DNA from: a virus
Strand: one strand, 5' to 3'
Virus record (IMG/VR): IMGVR_UViG_3300043177_000122
Location: 40,464 to 104,463 of that record
Length of the DNA: 64,000 nt
In this document: piece by piece, positions 61,958-64,000 of the stretch
How the letters are laid out: every line of letters starts with the position of its first letter
How positions within the stretch are numbered: the stretch's first letter is position 1
Position numbers and translations under genes: made by a program
The notes under the pieces: model-generated
Seen by the model: only the letters and a program-made list of their open reading frames with translations
Databases searched by the model: none
Told to the model about the DNA's origin: nothing

Positions 61958-64000
61958 ATGAAACTGTCCGAAGCTAAGCCGTATTTCGAATCTTCTGGAG
62001 AGATGCAAGAACATTTCTTTTCAATTCAAGATCAGGGTATGTTGTTCGACATCTTGCGTAGCAAGATGTACTCGAATCCGATCCTAGCAATTTGTCGTGA
62101 GATTACTAGTAATGCTCGCGATGCACATCGTGAAATTGGAATGGCTGATAAGCCAATTCATATCCATTTGCCATCTGGATTGGAGCCTCATTACAAGATT
62201 AAAGATTTTGGTCCAGGTATTAGTCCAGATCGAATGGTTAATATTTTCATCAAATATACCGCCTCCACCAAGCGTGAAGATAATGTTCAGACTGGTGGAT
62301 TTGGTCTAGGAGCCAAGACTCCATTTTCATACTCTGATACATTTCAGGTAACCACCGTTCATGATGGAACTCGGTACAGTTATGCTTGTTTGATTGATGA
62401 TACCAAGGTTGGTAAATTGGTTCTTCTAGATCAGAGAGCAACCACAGAACCTAATAGTACGGAAATCTCCATTCCAGTCAAGCCAGTTGATTATAATCTT
62501 TTTAGGCAGTATACAGAGCAAGCATGTCGTCATTGGGATGTTAAGCCAGTCATTACTGGCGGCAACATTGATTGGCAAAAGCTCAATAAGATTGCAGAGG
62601 GTCCTGGTTGGGCAATCACTGCCACTCATGATTATAATCGTCATGCTAAGTTAGTCATTGACGGTATTGAGTACCCACTTCCCCTTGATGACCTTCGTAA
62701 GTATGCTGACCCCAAACTAATTGATTCTTGTCGAGGCGACTTCATTATGTACTTTGGCGTCGGTGAGCTTAGCTTATCTGCCACCCGAGAAAACATTTTC
62801 TTGGATAAACCAACCCATGATAAAATCAAAGCCAGAATTGATCAAATCACTACAGAGTTTAGAAAAACAATTTCTGATAAGATTGATACGTTTCCGAATT
62901 TGTGGGCGGCTAACGTCTACTATTGTAAAGAACTGACATCTGTATTCAATAATTTACATTTCTTGGGTAAGTTGTACTGGAAGACCCATGAATTGCATAA
63001 TGGGTATGTGAACGTTAAATGTGGACTGTTCGAATTTACTAAAGGGAAGTATTCTCGTCGTCACGGTAATGACCCTAATAAACTAACTCGCTCTGGTCAT
63101 GCTATTGGACCTCGCTCGCTTCACTTTGAAGAGAATGTAGAGTTGTGGCTGAATGACTTGCCTATCAAAGAGCCAACTCCTCGACATGTCAAAAAGGCTT
63201 TCGAGGATGACCCTAATTTGAAACGCATTCTTGTAATTTGTCCCACTGACAAATATACTGAAGCGGATTTGAATAAGGATATTCATCTTGATGAGATGAA
63301 GCCAAAGAGGTTGTCGTCCATTACTAAGGCATCTGGCCGAGCCTATACTCCTCCGGCTTCTAGGTTGCTTGTTTTTAAATTTGATCTGACTGCTAGCTCT
63401 TTCCGCCAAGTGAGTTACGATAACATGGAGGAAGATACAAACGACAAAGTTTTGTGTCTTTTAAGTCGTGATCAATCGTATGGGCGTTTGGCTACGCTTA
63501 GTAATAAACAAAATTTAAGCGTGTCAGCTTTCAAGTCTCTTTTGGAACAAAATCCCAAAATTTCTTTCTATGGAGTGGATAAAGAAACTGACCCCAAACG
63601 TCTAGAAGAAGAATTCAATGATTTCGAGACTTTGGATAATTTTATTGATAAAAAGGTTTTCAATAATAAGTCAATCAATTATGTCGAGATTAAGTTCGCG
63701 CAACAACATACTTATTGTGTAGATGAGCGAATGCTTAAGCATTATGACGTATTAGCTCCGCTTATCACTGACAAGAGTAGTTCATTCCTAGTTCGATTAG
63801 AACTTCACAAAGTTATTAAAAAACTTAGTGGGAATGACCGAAGCTTGTTAGATATCTACGAAGCGGCTAAGGGCGAGATTAAAGAAGTTGCTCTGAAACA
63901 ATTCGTGAAAGATAACCCTAACTGGGACATTGAGAGTATCAACCGAGCCTACGAAAAGAAGTATCCATTGTTGACTGCAATCAACACATATAATATGCAT
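61958..64000 (+). CDS. rIIA-like protein with N-terminal GHKL (HSP90-like) ATPase domain, 3'-partial
   Basis: MYSNPILAICREITSNARDAH, DFGPGI, STKR, GGFGLGAKTPFSY; the frame runs off the window end. Confidence 0.85.
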   Translation, partial: MKLSEAKPYFESSGEMQEHFFSIQDQGMLFDILRSKMYSNPILAICREITSNARDAHREIGMADKPIHIHLPSGLEPHYKIKDFGPGISPDRMVNIFIKYTASTKREDNVQTGGFGLGAKTPFSYSDTFQVTTVHDGTRYSYACLIDDTKVGKLVLLDQRATTEPNSTEISIPVKPVDYNLFRQYTEQACRHWDVKPVITGGNIDWQKLNKIAEGPGWAITATHDYNRHAKLVIDGIEYPLPLDDLRKYADPKLIDSCRGDFIMYFGVGELSLSATRENIFLDKPTHDKIKARIDQITTEFRKTISDKIDTFPNLWAANVYYCKELTSVFNNLHFLGKLYWKTHELHNGYVNVKCGLFEFTKGKYSRRHGNDPNKLTRSGHAIGPRSLHFEENVELWLNDLPIKEPTPRHVKKAFEDDPNLKRILVICPTDKYTEADLNKDIHLDEMKPKRLSSITKASGRAYTPPASRLLVFKFDLTASSFRQVSYDNMEEDTNDKVLCLLSRDQSYGRLATLSNKQNLSVSAFKSLLEQNPKISFYGVDKETDPKRLEEEFNDFETLDNFIDKKVFNNKSINYVEIKFAQQHTYCVDERMLKHYDVLAPLITDKSSSFLVRLELHKVIKKLSGNDRSLLDIYEAAKGEIKEVALKQFVKDNPNWDIESINRAYEKKYPLLTAINTYNMH

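Noticed and set aside
14332..63409. Long antisense ORFs inside tsf, ligA, the AAA fusion, the vWA gene and the rIIA-like gene (e.g. 14659..15228, 35480..36181)
   Set aside because: They mirror conserved sense-strand genes and lack RBS or motifs.
1..64000. Cellular chromosome or eukaryotic giant virus origin
   Set aside because: Shine-Dalgarno sites, sigma70-like promoters, CCA-encoding tRNAs, an rIIA-like gene, many HNH genes, GroES without GroEL and tsf without rpsB fit a large bacteriophage better. No capsid or terminase gene is in the window to confirm this.

Overview
This window looks like part of a large (jumbo-type) dsDNA bacteriophage genome: AT-rich, densely packed, mostly + strand genes, standard genetic code. 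It has about 27 CCA-ending tRNA genes grouped by amino acid (Ser x4, Val x3, Gly x3 including one degenerate, Leu x4, His x2, Glu x2, Arg x5, plus Cys, Trp, Met and an Arg-anticodon tRNA on a Gln-like body). Translation support includes EF-Ts, TrpRS, TyrRS, a single-chain mitochondrial-type PheRS, Pth2, an RlmN-like radical SAM enzyme, a (p)ppGpp-hydrolase-like HD protein and a broken Thg1. An ADP-ribosylation set comprises a WGR-PARP, a macrodomain and an ADP-ribosylglycohydrolase. DNA genes include an NAD ligase, RNase HII, an intein-bearing SF1 helicase, a DenV-like glycosylase and several homing endonucleases. Also present are GroES, an HslV-like peptidase, a MoxR-AAA/vWA pair and a partial rIIA-like gene. 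The most notable unexplained signals are: (1) a Y-RNA-like structured ncRNA inside the Gly tRNA cluster and a second structured RNA between Ser tRNAs; (2) unrelated hypothetical proteins sharing short C-terminal tags (LxAF-hydrophobic-stop and KLKxxxLF[S/Q]-stop), and four antisense genes sharing an N-terminal helix motif, which together suggest peptide sorting or docking signals; (3) two recurring promoter motifs; (4) many nonsense, frameshift and deletion lesions confined to accessory genes. All family assignments were made by eye from motifs, with no database search.
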